From contig JBEPZZ010000004.1 of NCBI GenBank assembly GCA_041640575.1, positions 76,117-94,275 on the forward strand: a stretch of DNA of 18,159 nucleotides, in the 5' to 3' direction. Below are positions 1 through 9,830 of this stretch, one piece after another. The translations under genes and the position numbers were made by a program. This DNA comes from Pseudothermotoga sp. (GTDB lineage: Bacteria > Thermotogota > Thermotogae > Thermotogales > DSM-5069). The stretch's first letter is position 1, and the number at the start of each line of letters is the position of its first letter. Under the pieces are notes generated by a model, which made no database searches, was not told the DNA's origin, and saw only the letters and a list, made by a program, of their open reading frames with translations.

Positions 1-119
1 AAATTGAAAAGAAAGCTGCAGAGATTGCAGTAGTACTCGCAATAAAGATATTGCAGAATGTTTTGGATGAAAAAGCCAAGAAGGAATATTTGGTCAACAT
101 TCTCAGTAAGGAGAGTTAA
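1..119 (+). CDS. atpF: F0F1 ATP synthase subunit b, C-terminal fragment (5' end outside window)
   Basis: Not in ORF track. Frame starting at nt 3 reads IEKKAAEIAVVLAIKILQNVLDEKAKKEYLVNILSKES* (TAA 117-119), typical of a b-subunit C-terminus, and lies immediately before atpH. Confidence 0.85.
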   Translation, partial: IEKKAAEIAVVLAIKILQNVLDEKAKKEYLVNILSKES

Positions 120-121
120 GT

Positions 122-664
122 ATGAAACATGCCCAAGTTGCTCCAAGATATGCAAGGGCACTTTTGAACGTAGCTTTAGAACTTGAAAAAGTAGAGGAAT
201 ACCAAAGACTTTTGATTGCTGTCAGTGAAATCTATTCAAGATTAAAGAATGTTTTTGATAATCCAACGATTGGCGCCCGAAAGCAAGTGACGAGATTGGT
301 AGAACTATTAACTTTGATAGGTCTTTCAGTCGATGAACCTTTTAAGAATTTCTTAAGCATTGTCTTTGAAAAGAAAAGACAAAAAATTTTACCTTTACTT
401 GCTAGATATTTTGAACTGATGAAAATAGAAACCCAGATGAAAGTACCTGTTATGTTATCCATGCCTTACGTACCAAGCGAAGAAGAAATAAAGATCTTGA
501 AATTATTTGTGCAAAAACGTACAAAGAGGGAGCCAGTTTTCGATATTCAAGTTAATCCCAAGTTAATTGCAGGAGCTGTTCTGGAATATGACGGGAAAAC
601 TCTAGACGTCTCTGTGCACGGAAGAATGGAGAGGATCATTCGTGCGATTTTTGAAAAGAGGTGA
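122..664 (+). CDS. atpH: F0F1 ATP synthase subunit delta
   Basis: N-terminal VAPRYARALL and C-terminal VNPKLIAGAVLEYDGKTLDVSV match OSCP/delta motifs. SD AAGGAG at 108-113. Lies between atpF and atpA. Confidence 0.95.
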   Translation: MKHAQVAPRYARALLNVALELEKVEEYQRLLIAVSEIYSRLKNVFDNPTIGARKQVTRLVELLTLIGLSVDEPFKNFLSIVFEKKRQKILPLLARYFELMKIETQMKVPVMLSMPYVPSEEEIKILKLFVQKRTKREPVFDIQVNPKLIAGAVLEYDGKTLDVSVHGRMERIIRAIFEKR

Positions 665-670
665 TCAAGG

Positions 671-2182
671 TTGAGGATCAGCCCTGGTGAAATTACCAAA
701 ATCTTAGAGCAAAGGATAAAAGAATTCAAAGAAGACATAGATCTTCAAGAGACAGGACGGGTAATCCAAGTAGGAGATGGGATAGCCCGTGTTTATGGTT
801 TAAACAGTGTAATGATGAATGAACTTGTTGAATTTGAGGAAACTGGCGTCAGAGGTTTGGCATTTAACTTGGAGGAGGACAATGTTGGAATCATTTTGCT
901 CGGAGATTACTCAAAGATCAAGGAAGGGCATAAGGTAAGAAGGCTCAAGAGAATAATAGAAGTTCCTGTAGGTGAGGAACTGCTAGGTAGACTTGTCAAT
1001 CCGCTTGGAGAGCCTTTGGATGGTCTTGGACCCATTCAAGCCAAACAAACCCGAAAAGTAGAGATAAAAGCTCCCGGTGTCATATACAGAAGACCGGTCA
1101 ATACACCACTTCAAACTGGCATAAAAGCCATAGACGCCATGATACCGATCGGTAGAGGGCAACGTGAATTGATAATTGGCGATAGACAAACAGGAAAAAC
1201 CGCGATTGCCATTGACACAATAATCAACCAAAAAGGAAAAGGCGTATACTGCATATATGTGGCCATTGGACAAAAGGTTTCCGCTGTTGCGAGAATTGTA
1301 GATAAACTTAGGGAATTCGGGGCAATGGAGTACACCACTGTTGTTCTAGCTTCGGCATCTGATCCGGCACCGATTCAGTACTTAGCACCGTATGCAGGTT
1401 GTGCTATGGGTGAATACTTCATGTATACTGGGCGGGATGCTTTGGTCGTTTACGATGATCTTTCAAAACATGCCGCGGCATATAGGCAACTTTCCTTACT
1501 TCTCAGAAGGCCACCTGGAAGAGAAGCCTACCCTGGAGATATTTTTTATTTACATTCTAGGCTTTTAGAAAGAGCGGCAAAACTCGATCAATCAATGGGT
1601 GGAGGTTCGTTAACAGCTTTGCCTATCGTTGAAACTCAAGCAAATGACGTTTCAGCATACATACCAACGAATGTGATATCAATTACTGATGGTCAGATAT
1701 ATTTGGAACCAGGATTGTTTTACTCAGGGTTTAGGCCAGCAATAAACGTTGGCTTATCTGTTTCACGTGTCGGTGGATCTGCACAAATAAAAGCTATGAA
1801 GCAAGTTGCTGGAATGTTAAGAATAGACCTGGCTCAATTTAGAGAACTTGAAACCTTCGCGCAATTTGCATCTGAGTTGGATCCAGCAACTCGGGCCCAA
1901 ATCATACGAGGTCTCAGGCTGCAAGAACTGTTAAAGCAAGATCAGTACAGCCCCATGCCTGTGGAAGAACAAATAGTAGTGCTTTATGCAGGAGTTAGAG
2001 GATACCTGGACGAATTACCCGTTGAATCAGTTAGGAAATTTGAGAAAGAATTCTTGAACTTTATGAGAACTTCATACTCTTCATTGTTGAAGAAAATAGC
2101 CGAAGAGAAACAAATGACACCAGAGATTGAAGAAGCTTTAAAGAATGCGATTCAAGAATTTCTGAAGGGATGGCATGAGTAA
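671..2182 (+). CDS. atpA: F0F1 ATP synthase subunit alpha
   Basis: [10 protein letters not shown], Walker [37 protein letters not shown] start preceded by SD GAGGTGA. Confidence 0.99.
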   Translation: MRISPGEITKILEQRIKEFKEDIDLQETGRVIQVGDGIARVYGLNSVMMNELVEFEETGVRGLAFNLEEDNVGIILLGDYSKIKEGHKVRRLKRIIEVPVGEELLGRLVNPLGEPLDGLGPIQAKQTRKVEIKAPGVIYRRPVNTPLQTGIKAIDAMIPIGRGQRELIIGDRQTGKTAIAIDTIINQKGKGVYCIYVAIGQKVSAVARIVDKLREFGAMEYTTVVLASASDPAPIQYLAPYAGCAMGEYFMYTGRDALVVYDDLSKHAAAYRQLSLLLRRPPGREAYPGDIFYLHSRLLERAAKLDQSMGGGSLTALPIVETQANDVSAYIPTNVISITDGQIYLEPGLFYSGFRPAINVGLSVSRVGGSAQIKAMKQVAGMLRIDLAQFRELETFAQFASELDPATRAQIIRGLRLQELLKQDQYSPMPVEEQIVVLYAGVRGYLDELPVESVRKFEKEFLNFMRTSYSSLLKKIAEEKQMTPEIEEALKNAIQEFLKGWHE

Positions 2183-2994
2183 TGAGCCGAGGTAAATTGA
2201 GGGCAATAAGAAACCGGATTCAAGCAACAACTTCTTTGATGAAAATAACCAAGGCTATGGAAATGGTAGCTCGAGCAAGAATTAGAAAACTTGAGGAAGG
2301 CTTTCGACAGGTAAAAAGCTATATTAATGCAGTAGAAAAGATTCGTGAACAAATAGATTTCAGCTTCTGTGAACATCCCTTTGTTACTGGTTCTGGTAGG
2401 CCTATACTTGTGGCAATAGGCAGTGACATGGGCTTGTGTGGAGCATTCAACGCCGAAATTGTCAGTCAAATCGAAAAGGAAATAGGAAAGTATGAAGGAT
2501 TAATAACTGTCGGTGCCAAACTGAGTTCGCATTTTTCCGGTTTCTCAAAATTGATCAAAGCGTATCAGAGAATGTACGAGGTTCCAACTTTTAATTTTGC
2601 GTCACTTTTGACTGAAGAACTCATAAGAACAACTGGTAGGATTCACGTTTTGTATGTTAGGTTTGTCAATAAACTGGTACAAAAACCGCTTTTGGTAGAA
2701 CTAACACCGCTCAAAACAGAAGGAAAGGTTAACAGGTACGAGTACGAACCTGCCTCTGAGGAATTGGCATCAAATTTTGCGAAGTTTTACATTGCTTCCA
2801 AGTTATTCTATTTACTTTATGAAACGAAAGTAAGCGAGATGTATTCGAGGCAAAACGCTATGAGAAACGCTACAGAAAATGCCAAGGAAGTCATAAGGTC
2901 CTTGACACTGGAGTACAACAAAGCAAGGCAGGCTTCGATAACTCAAGAGCTTATAGAAATAGTTACGGGAGCAGAAGCACTTAAAGAAGAATAG
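2182..2994 (+). CDS. atpG: F0F1 ATP synthase subunit gamma
   Basis: KITKAMEMVA, SDMGLCGAFN and C-terminal YNKARQASITQELIEIVTGAEAL. TAATG overlap with the atpA stop. Confidence 0.98.
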   Translation: MSRGKLRAIRNRIQATTSLMKITKAMEMVARARIRKLEEGFRQVKSYINAVEKIREQIDFSFCEHPFVTGSGRPILVAIGSDMGLCGAFNAEIVSQIEKEIGKYEGLITVGAKLSSHFSGFSKLIKAYQRMYEVPTFNFASLLTEELIRTTGRIHVLYVRFVNKLVQKPLLVELTPLKTEGKVNRYEYEPASEELASNFAKFYIASKLFYLLYETKVSEMYSRQNAMRNATENAKEVIRSLTLEYNKARQASITQELIEIVTGAEALKEE

Positions 2995-4787
<1,793 letters not shown>

Positions 4788-4793
4788 GCCTTG

Positions 4794-4955
4794 ATGTACT
4801 TGCTGATAATAGGCAGTATAACTTTGACAGTCGTTTCGTTGGTTATTTTTCGTAAGTCATCCTCAGAGTTTTCGCAAGAAAGTATTTGGTATTCGTTGCT
4901 TGCTGGAATTTTGTTTATCTTGTCAATTTTGCTATTATATTTAAAGGGAGGATGA
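4794..4955 (+). CDS. Small hypothetical membrane protein, 53 aa, two predicted TM helices (alternative TTG start at 4791)
   Basis: Not in ORF track. Translates as MYLLIIGSITLTVVSLVIFRKSSSEFSQESIWYSLLAGILFILSILLLYLKGG*. Fills the atpC-to-next-gene gap almost exactly. Purine-rich AAGAAGGG at 4773-4780 upstream. Its last codons carry the SD of the next gene. Confidence 0.7.
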   Translation: MYLLIIGSITLTVVSLVIFRKSSSEFSQESIWYSLLAGILFILSILLLYLKGG

Positions 4956-4958
4956 CAT

Positions 4959-5606
4959 GTGAATAACAAAATGTTTTCTTTTCTCAGTTTAAAGGAGTTT
5001 CCGGAACGGACTTTATATCAATATCTGCTGTTATTATTTGTTATTTCAAACTTTATAAGTCTTCTGGCTTCAATCCTCTTTGTTGCATTTAGGTTTTCTT
5101 TAGGCGCCAATCAGTTTCTTGGGTTTTCACAAGGACTAGGAATAGCGTGTGGCTTGGGATTACTTATTATCTTGGTGAGAATCAGGCTTGTGATAAAGAA
5201 TCTTTTTTCGGCGATTTCTGAAGAACGTCCTGAGTATGCATCTGTATTCTTAAAATTCAACGAAACACTAATTAATGTTGGAATATCAATAGTGACTGCT
5301 GGCTTGATTTTGAATCTCTTTTTACCATTTGGTTTTCTTGTTGTTCTTGCTGGAATAGTGATTGGGTTTCATTCTCTTATAGCAGCTTTGAAGGAACACG
5401 AAGAAAATGAAGCTAAGATCTTAGAAATGATAAGAAAGGAAAGAAAAACGACAAGTTTCTTTGGCAACATTGTCGCAGACTCTAACGTTTTCATACTTAT
5501 GTTTTTGACGCTCTGTGGGTACTTACTTGTTCACCCAGAGTATTTCGAATCGATCAGAAACTATTTCGAAGACAGAAGCAAATTGTGCTTGGAGGTGAAA
5601 AAATGA
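4959..5606 (+). CDS. Hypothetical integral membrane protein (about 5 hydrophobic segments)
   Basis: 215-aa ORF, GTG start 7 nt after SD AAGGGAGG (4944-4951). Several long hydrophobic stretches. Stop overlaps the hpf ATG. No family recognised. Confidence 0.8.
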   Translation: MNNKMFSFLSLKEFPERTLYQYLLLLFVISNFISLLASILFVAFRFSLGANQFLGFSQGLGIACGLGLLIILVRIRLVIKNLFSAISEERPEYASVFLKFNETLINVGISIVTAGLILNLFLPFGFLVVLAGIVIGFHSLIAALKEHEENEAKILEMIRKERKTTSFFGNIVADSNVFILMFLTLCGYLLVHPEYFESIRNYFEDRSKLCLEVKK

Positions 5607-6142
5607 ATTACAGATTTGTGACGCGTGGGTTTGATAAGTCGCCAGCAATAGAACAATATGTTGAAAAACGTTTGGACAAAGTTGACAGGGTTCTCAGAGA
5701 TGAAGAAGTAGTTTCGGCTGAAATAAAGGCAGAAAAGGACGCTTTAAATTATGTTTTGAAGGCAAATTTGAATTTGAAGGGTAATACAATTGTCGTACAG
5801 GAAAAGGATCCAGACCTTTATGCGGCAATTGACAAGCTCTGCGATGCCTTAGAGAAAAGAGTCAAGAAGGTCAAGTCAACAATCAGAGAAAAGCATAGAA
5901 CACCTGCTCAGAAAGTAAACATCTCGAATACCTCCCAAGAAGTTTTTGAGGATGAGGAAGAGTTAGTAGTGACTGAAACAAAGCGTGTACCTTTGAATAT
6001 AATGTCTTTCGAAGAAGCACTGCTGCAGTTCAAGACTATGAATCGACAGTTCTTTGTTTTTAGAAACTCTGAAACAAACGAACTAAACCTCCTATACATG
6101 AGAAAAGATGGAAAAGTTGGATTGATAGAATTTGCAGATTGA
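5603..6142 (+). CDS. hpf: Ribosome hibernation promoting factor, long form (RaiA/HPF with C-terminal S30AE domain)
   Basis: SPAIEQYVEKRLDK, DLYAAIDKLCDALEKRVKK, and C-domain MSFEEALLQF...FFVFRNSETNELNLLYMRKDGKVGLIE. Start moved to ATG 5603 on the basis of SD GGAGGTG at 5591-5597. Confidence 0.95.
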   Translation: MNYRFVTRGFDKSPAIEQYVEKRLDKVDRVLRDEEVVSAEIKAEKDALNYVLKANLNLKGNTIVVQEKDPDLYAAIDKLCDALEKRVKKVKSTIREKHRTPAQKVNISNTSQEVFEDEEELVVTETKRVPLNIMSFEEALLQFKTMNRQFFVFRNSETNELNLLYMRKDGKVGLIEFAD

Positions 6143-6154
6143 GGTCGAGTAATT

Positions 6155-7564
6155 GTGGCTGTTCAATTAATTGTGAACGTTGTAGAAGATAGGGTAAACG
6201 GTGTCATACTTGAGGACGGGATTCCTCAAGAACTTTTTATAGAAGAGTACAAATCAATTTCCGGAAACATTTATGTGGGAAGAGTAGAAAAGATAGTACC
6301 CGGGTTGAATGCTGCTTTTGTCAACATTGGTGAAAACAAAAATGCTTTCTTGAAGTTGGCTGATATTTCGAAACCTTATCTAACGAGTGTGTTGAATGGT
6401 AATCAAATTAAGGAAGGAAGCAAGATCCTTGTACAGGTTAAGAACGATAATTTCGGAAGCAAAGGACCACTTGTAACGACAAAAGTATCATTGGCTGGAC
6501 GCTTTGTGGTTTATTTTCCCTTCTCAAAAACAAGGGGCGTTTCAAAAAAGATATCGGACTTGGCAGAAAGAGAAAGGATGCGAAGAATCTTAAAAGATTT
6601 GGGCAAGAATGAAGGTTTAATAATAAGAACAGCAGCCGAATATGTAACGGATGATTTGATTATCGAAGAATTGTCTTTGCTGAGACAAAAGTGGACGGAG
6701 ATTTTGAATCAGTTTAAAAGGGCTCGAAAACCTAAGTTGTTAATGATGGAACCGAGCGCTGCGGATTTCATCATAAGAGAGAGAGTAAACAAGACCATTG
6801 ATGAAATAATAGTGAATTCGGAGGACTTATATAATAGGTTTAAAGAAGCCTGCAAAGATCTTGCAAAGAAACCAGTAATTCGGCTTGAAAAAGGCGATGT
6901 TTTCGAGAAATTTGGAATATATAGTCATATAAATCAAGTACTTGAAAGAAAAATCATTCTTCCTAGCGGTGGATACATTGCCATTGATATAACCGAGGCT
7001 TTGACAGTCTTTGATGTCAATTCTGCAAGCTTTATAGAGGAAAGGGACCATGGAGAGCTTGCCCACAGAATAAACATTGAAGCCGCAAGGGAAATTGCTC
7101 GTCAGCTGAGACTGAGAAACATAGGAGGAATGATTGTTGTTGATTTCATTGATGTTCCTTCCAAAGATCATAGGGATAGACTGGTTAAAGAGTTACAAGA
7201 TGCTGTCAAAAAAGATTCTGCAAGAGTCGAACTCGTGGGTTTCACTAAACTCGGGTTGTTCGAGATGACAAGAAAGAGAAAGCAGATACCATTGGATCAG
7301 GTATTTTTCGCAGCATGTCCCATTTGTAAAGGTAGCGGTAAGGTTATTTCTCCGCTGATAATCACAAGAAGGTTAACGGATGAACTACTTTCTTTAAAGC
7401 ATGAAAGTTTCTCAATTATAAAAGTTTCATTGCACCAAAGATTTTCTGGTTATCACGAATTTATAAAAGAAAAACTCACTCCCGAACTCAGAAAGAAAGT
7501 CAACTTTAGCTTCGACCATCAAAATCCTGGCGAGTACTCAATAACTCTGGTAAAGAAGGGTTAA
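6155..7564 (+). CDS. rng: Rne/Rng family ribonuclease (RNase G-like)
   Basis: S1 domain GNIYVGRVEKIVPGLNAAFVNIG, catalytic region FDVNS and RQLRLRNIGGMIVVDFID, Zn-link CPICKGSG. No long RNase E scaffold tail. GTG start after GAGGT. Confidence 0.93.
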   Translation: MAVQLIVNVVEDRVNGVILEDGIPQELFIEEYKSISGNIYVGRVEKIVPGLNAAFVNIGENKNAFLKLADISKPYLTSVLNGNQIKEGSKILVQVKNDNFGSKGPLVTTKVSLAGRFVVYFPFSKTRGVSKKISDLAERERMRRILKDLGKNEGLIIRTAAEYVTDDLIIEELSLLRQKWTEILNQFKRARKPKLLMMEPSAADFIIRERVNKTIDEIIVNSEDLYNRFKEACKDLAKKPVIRLEKGDVFEKFGIYSHINQVLERKIILPSGGYIAIDITEALTVFDVNSASFIEERDHGELAHRINIEAAREIARQLRLRNIGGMIVVDFIDVPSKDHRDRLVKELQDAVKKDSARVELVGFTKLGLFEMTRKRKQIPLDQVFFAACPICKGSGKVISPLIITRRLTDELLSLKHESFSIIKVSLHQRFSGYHEFIKEKLTPELRKKVNFSFDHQNPGEYSITLVKKG

Positions 7565-9364
7565 CTAGCTGTTTCTTGATCTTGTCGCTACAGCTTGTGA
7601 CAGCCATAGACCCTGAGCCTGCAGTTTTGATAAAACTGATTCCATCGCAGAAAATTTATTCCACAATTGCTGTTCGCGTTTTTGCAGCCTTTCTATCCAG
7701 TTCGCGATTTGTTTTGCAAGTGCGCGCTTTTCTCTGCTTATGCTACCACTCAAACCTGCTACACGATCTATCATCCCACCAGTTCTTGTTGTTTCTCTAA
7801 GATAGGATTGCAAATTCTGAGCAAATCCAGTATTAACTTCACCAAAAAACTGCCAGACCTTGTAGGGATCTTCCGAGATCTTTGCTGTCAATTTATTCTC
7901 ATCTAGCACAAGTTGGCCAGACTTTATATTTTGATACCCAAAGCTACCTGTCGTTATGCCAAGTTCAGAAAGTAGACTTATATCCCCGTCCACTTTAGTA
8001 TATATGAAGCTTCTCATATTCTCGAAAATCCGTCTTATGAGTGTATCACCTTTAAGTAGACCTTGCAACTTTTCCTCTTCACTCATGTCTTCTTCGCTTT
8101 TTCCTGTGACAGCATTTTCGGTTAATTTTGTGTACAAGTAGTTCATGATTTCGTTCCATTTATCTACAAATTGTTTTACTTTCTCTTTCATTGCTTGTGT
8201 ATTCGTGCTGATAGTGAAACTTTGAGTTTCTGTTGAGACGTTAGCAACATTTATATCAATGCCGTTGTAGGTGAATGTGTTTGAATCGGAATACAGATCC
8301 TGCCAATTAATCCCATCGATGCTTATTCTAATGTGTGCAACGCTACCAACATTGAACACAGCAGTGTCAAGCCCTAGCAGTTGCGAGAGATTAGTGTTGT
8401 TGTCATTGATGGAGATAGTTGTTGATCCTGTTTTACTTGAGACGAAGATGAGCTTGTCATTACTTTGATCATAAGTCACTGTCACACCAGCATTGCTATT
8501 GTTAATAGTTCTTATCAGTTGATTCAAGCTCATTGAGGTTGTAAAAGCGATTTTAACCCCGTTTATATCAAGTTCACCAGAGTCCACCGTTATTCCTCTA
8601 TAAGATGCGAGTTGCGAAAGAGTTCTGTTTACCGAAATCGCTCCAACATGTGCAGTACTCTCCGTGGAATAAATGCCACCGCTTTGAATTACCGGAGCAT
8701 TTGAAAGATTGAAAACTTCAAGAAAAGTACCAGAATTCTGTCTTATTGCAAATGGCTCATTATTTGTAATTTTCAGCTTTCCATCTAGAAAACTCACATT
8801 CCCTACTCCAAAAACTGTTTCTAGCTTGTTTATAATATCTGTTATCGTATCTGAAGTACTTATTGAAACTGAATAGCTATTTGAGCCTATCTGAACGTTA
8901 AGAGAAGAATCTGCTGGAACATATCTGTAATTTAAAGAACCAAAAGTTCTTGATGGATCAATGTCATCTGGTCCTATTGTTCTACCGCTCATGAGACTAC
9001 TTCTGCTAGAAGTACTCATAATCTTAACATAGTACGTTCCATTAAGAGCAGTTGGACTCGCCTGAACAGTTAGAGCGTTTGAACTTGTTTGAACCGTTTT
9101 CACCAAAAGTGACGACTGAAGTTTAAACGTTGAAAGAAAGTTCATGAATTCTTGTAACTTTTCTCTGACTTGTTGATAAGCTTTCTGCTTAAGTTCGAGC
9201 TTTTGGAATTTGTTTGTTAACCTGATAGCTGGTTGTGATTCAAGTTCCATAAGTTTTTCTACGATACTGGAAGTATCTAATCCTGAAGAGATTCCAGAAA
9301 ATTGAATCTTGCCTTGCGATTGGTATCTATAGTTTATTACATTAGCAATACCAGAAAGGTCCAT
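7565..9364 (-). CDS. fliD: Flagellar filament cap protein FliD (HAP2)
   Basis: N-terminal FSGISSGLDTSSIVEKLMELE, VKQFVDKWNE, GLLKGD, LSELGIT and C-terminal LWNKFSAMESVLSKLQAQ. Directly downstream of flaG. Confidence 0.96.
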   Translation of the reverse strand: MDLSGIANVINYRYQSQGKIQFSGISSGLDTSSIVEKLMELESQPAIRLTNKFQKLELKQKAYQQVREKLQEFMNFLSTFKLQSSLLVKTVQTSSNALTVQASPTALNGTYYVKIMSTSSRSSLMSGRTIGPDDIDPSRTFGSLNYRYVPADSSLNVQIGSNSYSVSISTSDTITDIINKLETVFGVGNVSFLDGKLKITNNEPFAIRQNSGTFLEVFNLSNAPVIQSGGIYSTESTAHVGAISVNRTLSQLASYRGITVDSGELDINGVKIAFTTSMSLNQLIRTINNSNAGVTVTYDQSNDKLIFVSSKTGSTTISINDNNTNLSQLLGLDTAVFNVGSVAHIRISIDGINWQDLYSDSNTFTYNGIDINVANVSTETQSFTISTNTQAMKEKVKQFVDKWNEIMNYLYTKLTENAVTGKSEEDMSEEEKLQGLLKGDTLIRRIFENMRSFIYTKVDGDISLLSELGITTGSFGYQNIKSGQLVLDENKLTAKISEDPYKVWQFFGEVNTGFAQNLQSYLRETTRTGGMIDRVAGLSGSISREKRALAKQIANWIERLQKREQQLWNKFSAMESVLSKLQAQGLWLSQAVATRSRNS

Positions 9365-9369
9365 GGTCG

Positions 9370-9735
9370 TTACACCCTCTCATCAAAGAGTATGCCCATA
9401 AGTTCTTGCAGATTTTTGGCTATTTTGACAGCAACTTCTGGTGGAATCTGTCTTATTATCTCTCCCGTTTCTCGATCCTTAATTTTAATGATGATCATGT
9501 TTAGTTCTCTGTCGAGTATGAATTGTGCTTCTCCTCTAAAAATCATTTTGATTTTGTCAATTGACTTTTCTATGTCTTTGAGTAAATCTTCAACATCGAC
9601 CTTTTCCGATGGTTTTTCCCTATCGACCGGATTCAAATTCTGCTGTACTTTGACGATATTTGCGCTGTTGTTGGTATCTTGGGAGACACTAGAAGTAAGG
9701 TTCGTATTTATGTTATTGACATGATCTATCCTCAT
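9370..9735 (-). CDS. flaG: Flagellar protein FlaG
   Basis: Signature IIKIKDRETGEIIRQIPPE...GILFDERV. SD GAGGTG (complement of 9743-9748). Confidence 0.95.
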   Translation of the reverse strand: MRIDHVNNINTNLTSSVSQDTNNSANIVKVQQNLNPVDREKPSEKVDVEDLLKDIEKSIDKIKMIFRGEAQFILDRELNMIIIKIKDRETGEIIRQIPPEVAVKIAKNLQELMGILFDERV

Positions 9736-9775
9736 AGAAATTCACCTCATTATTGACAAAGTCTCTCTATATTAT

Positions 9776-9802
9776 TAATCGTCAGGGACCTATTTTCCTT
9801 TA
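9776..9802 (-). promoter_or_regulatory. Putative sigma28 (FliA/SigD) promoter for flaG-fliD
   Basis: Minus strand reads TAAA (9802-9799), a 15-nt spacer, then GACGATTA (9783-9776). Consensus is TAAA-N15-GCCGATAA: exact spacing, 6/8 match at -10. Upstream of late flagellar genes. Confidence 0.75.
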
Positions 9803-9828
9803 ATATGGTAACATTGATATGGTGACAT
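9803..9828. repeat. Tandem imperfect direct repeat ATATGGT(A/G)ACAT x2, period 14 nt
   Basis: ATATGGTAACAT at 9803-9814 and ATATGGTGACAT at 9817-9828 (11/12 identical), in the divergent flaG / TolB-like intergenic region. Confidence 0.7.
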
Positions 9829-9830
9829 AA

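Noticed and set aside
9753..9780. Perfect TTGACA on the + strand as a sigma70 -35 for the TolB-like gene
   Set aside because: The -10-like hexamers nearby (TATATT, TATTAT, TATTAA) sit at 9-14 nt spacing, and none is good at 16-18 nt.
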